DNA of 64,000 nt. Origin: Pseudogymnoascus verrucosus. Taxonomy: Eukaryota. The notes under the pieces were generated by a model. The model was given only the letters and a program-made list of their open reading frames with translations, was not told the origin of the DNA and ran no database searches. Below are positions 61,401-64,000 of this stretch, piece by piece. The translations under genes were made by a program, and so were the position numbers. Location: NCBI GenBank assembly GCA_001662655.1, contig KV460221.1. The stretch is one strand, 5' to 3'. Positions within the stretch are counted from its first letter, which is position 1. Each line of letters starts with the position of its first letter.

Positions 61401-64000
61401 GGCAGTAGAATGCGACTCCTCCGTCATATTCCTTTCCTCTGCATTTCCAAGGCTGATAAACGCTAGGAGTATTGCATTATTAGCCCCCTCTGGCTGAATA
61501 GTCTCTGCAATAACCTGGATATCGTCCTCATTACTACCCTCGACTAAAAGAAGAGGGAGTACCGCATCGAGGACGTGCTGTTCAACCTCTCCAAGCTCGA
61601 CACGCTGACCCCTAATTTTTACTTGTGTATCTTTTCGACCAAGAATGACAAGTGATCCATTTTCCTTATATTTTACTAAGTCACCCGTGCGATAAAGCCG
61701 TCCGTGACGGCCGGTCTGGTCAAGTCGTCCGGGAACGCCACGGAGTAGCCACGCTGGGTCTTCAACAAAAGCAGCAGCTGTTTTCCCGGGGTCATTAAGA
61801 TATCCCTCGCCGACCAACGGCCCTTCCAAATATAACTCGCCAATAGATCCAATGGGCGCCAACGACTCTGGGTTGTCAGGTTCAACGACCCATATACAAA
61901 CCCCAGCTCCATGACCAATACAATCCGCTGTCGCGTCTCCTAATGTTGCGGTTGGAGTGCATTCGGATGGGCCATATGCATTAAAAACCTTTGTATTTTC
62001 GCCAGCTAAGTACGCATCGCTAGGAAGAACTGTCTCGCCACCTAAAATAAGTGTATTGAGCTTTGAGAGTGCTGCCCGGCTAACAATTCGTGCTACGGAG
62101 GGGGTCATGTCTGCGTATGTAATGTTATATTTCTCTAGACAACGAGGTAAATTATTTCCGAGTTCACTTTGCATTGGGATGCAAAGTGTTCCGCCAGCGG
62201 TGAGAGTGTGCAATATATTAGACCAGGCTACGTCGAAAGCATACGACGCAAGATCAAGCACGCGGGAAGTATTAGAGCACCCTAAGATCTTTTGTTGATA
62301 GGTGATAGCGCTGCAGAAGTTTCTGTGGGTGATAAGAACACCCTTCGGCGTTCCAGTCGTGCCCGAGGTGAGAACGACGTAAAGAATACCCGACGGACTG
62401 ACGGGCGGCAAACTAAAGGGCGCTGGGTGTGACTGATTGGCCCCGACGACTACCACCTCTTTAATACCAGCACTGATCTGGATAGCTAGAGATTCATTCA
62501 TCCGCGATGATAGAATGACCGCCGAATTTACCTGCGCAGCTATGGCAGACAGTCTTTCCAGTGGCTGTTTAATGTCCATTGCCATACATGCGCCGCCGGC
62601 TTTCATAACAGCGAGCGCCGCAACGGGCATGAACATCGATTTCTCGAAGAGAAGCGGGACTATGGTCCCCGATACCCCTTCTTCTGATAGGTGATAGGCT
62701 AGGTTCGTCGATAGATCTTCTAGCTCCCTGTAAGTCAGGTTGCCGTCCCACGCGTTAACTGCTAGAGCAGACGGGTTCTCGCGAACTTTTTCCGAGACCA
62801 AGTCGTGTATGCACGCCTCTATCGGTTTTGGTACCACCGCATTCCACGTCCATATACGGTTAAGGCTCCACTGATCATCATGAAGCCCCCTGAGCGTCTG
62901 GTTGCCTTGGCTACCATCAGATAGCTGAATGATCGTATATTTGAAGCTTTGGGCAATATTCTCTATCTGCTGCTGTCCTATCACGCTCGAATCAAAGTCA
63001 ATACATAAATTGACCCCATCTAACTCCAACTGGAATTCGATAATGATAGAGTAAGTGCTAAAATCTCGACCCTGTGTTTTATTATAGTCACCAACAGGCT
63101 CGTCCAGGAATGGCCTGCCAGGATCACCTTCGCCTTCGCCTTGGTCGGCTGGCTGAATTACAAGGAGAGTCTGAAAGTTAGAACCCAAAGCAGTTTCATC
63201 GTTGAATTGTGCGATATTCTGTAAGCCGGTTTGCTCAAACGCAATCATATCCACTGCCTGACACTGCACCGAGCCAAGTAGTTGGTTTATGGTTGCGTCT
63301 CGGTCCAGTACGACTCTTATTGGGACAGTGGCAATCGTTGGCCCTGCCATAAGCTCGATGCCAGGTACAGGTGCCTGGCGGCCTGTAACAGTCGCACCAA
63401 AAAGTGCCTCATCTCCGCCAGCGCCATTTGCAGCAATCACAGACCATGCGGCTCGGATTAGCGTCGCAGGTGTGAAGTCACTGTGTCCCCAGTCAAGACC
63501 AGGGATTCTCAAACTAATCTGGCGCTCCAATCGCGGATGATGGACTGCTTTTGGAGGAGGAAAGTGCGAGCCTTGTGTACCTGCAAACATTTTTTGCCAG
63601 AAAATCTTCGCAACTGCTTTGTCCTGTTCTAAGATATATTTTATAAACGCCGTCATTGGCTGCAGACCTTGACTGGGTTTATTGAAGTAGGCAAGTTCAG
63701 CCTCTCTCATCAGAAGTGGCATGGAGAATCCATCATACAAGGAGTGATGAATCTCCCATATGAATTGGCTCGGCCTGCCTGCAGCTTTTTCTATTATAGC
63801 GAATTTCGTCAGGGGAGTACCTAGACCTATAGTGGGTCCATTGCTTGTCTGATCCCCCTGAATACTATCGAGCTCAGTGCTAATTGTCCACGATACTCCC
63901 TCGTCTATGACAACCTGGACGACGCCGGTGCCTGGAAGGCTGACAATTCGCGTTCGTAGGATTGCGTTTGCAGCTACAACCCGATCCCAGGCCCCGCAAA
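55468..64000 (-). CDS. Non-ribosomal peptide synthetase, 3' part: C-A-T-E-C-(half C)-A-T; 5' end outside the window
   Basis: C: HHSLYDG. A: TSGTTGTPKG, YGPSE, YRTGD, KIRGQRVELGEVE. T: LGGDSI. E: HHLVIDLVSW, EGHGR, TVGWFT. C: NHTLVDA. Second A, then T: MGGDSI. Two introns (about 58389-58439 and 56676-56746) join the three ORFs in frame. Confidence 0.96.

Overview
Eukaryotic, intron-containing DNA from a filamentous ascomycete. GT-AG introns with CTRAC branch sites are seen directly; a Leotiomycete such as Pseudogymnoascus is only my impression. About 25 protein genes are supported. Housekeeping genes: ARG5,6 (partial), SNC1-type v-SNARE, FMP46, a Nup53-like RRM protein, NAC-beta/EGD1, TRM44, RPL24, CBP4, CHS4/SKT5 and a FEX fluoride exporter. 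Carbohydrate or secreted proteins: GH76, GH3, aldose epimerase and a cupin. Also present are two MFS transporters, an amidase, a stand-alone PaxB/Pyr4-like terpene cyclase and the 3' part of an NRPS (C-A-T-E-C-halfC-A-T) that runs off the window. The most striking observation is that EGD1 can only encode its conserved [12 protein letters not shown] motif if a single-nucleotide exon (G at 20966) between two complete introns is included. Two genes show apparent 1-nt frameshifts. No tRNA, rRNA or intact transposon was recognised. All calls come from reading the sequence by eye; no searches were run.
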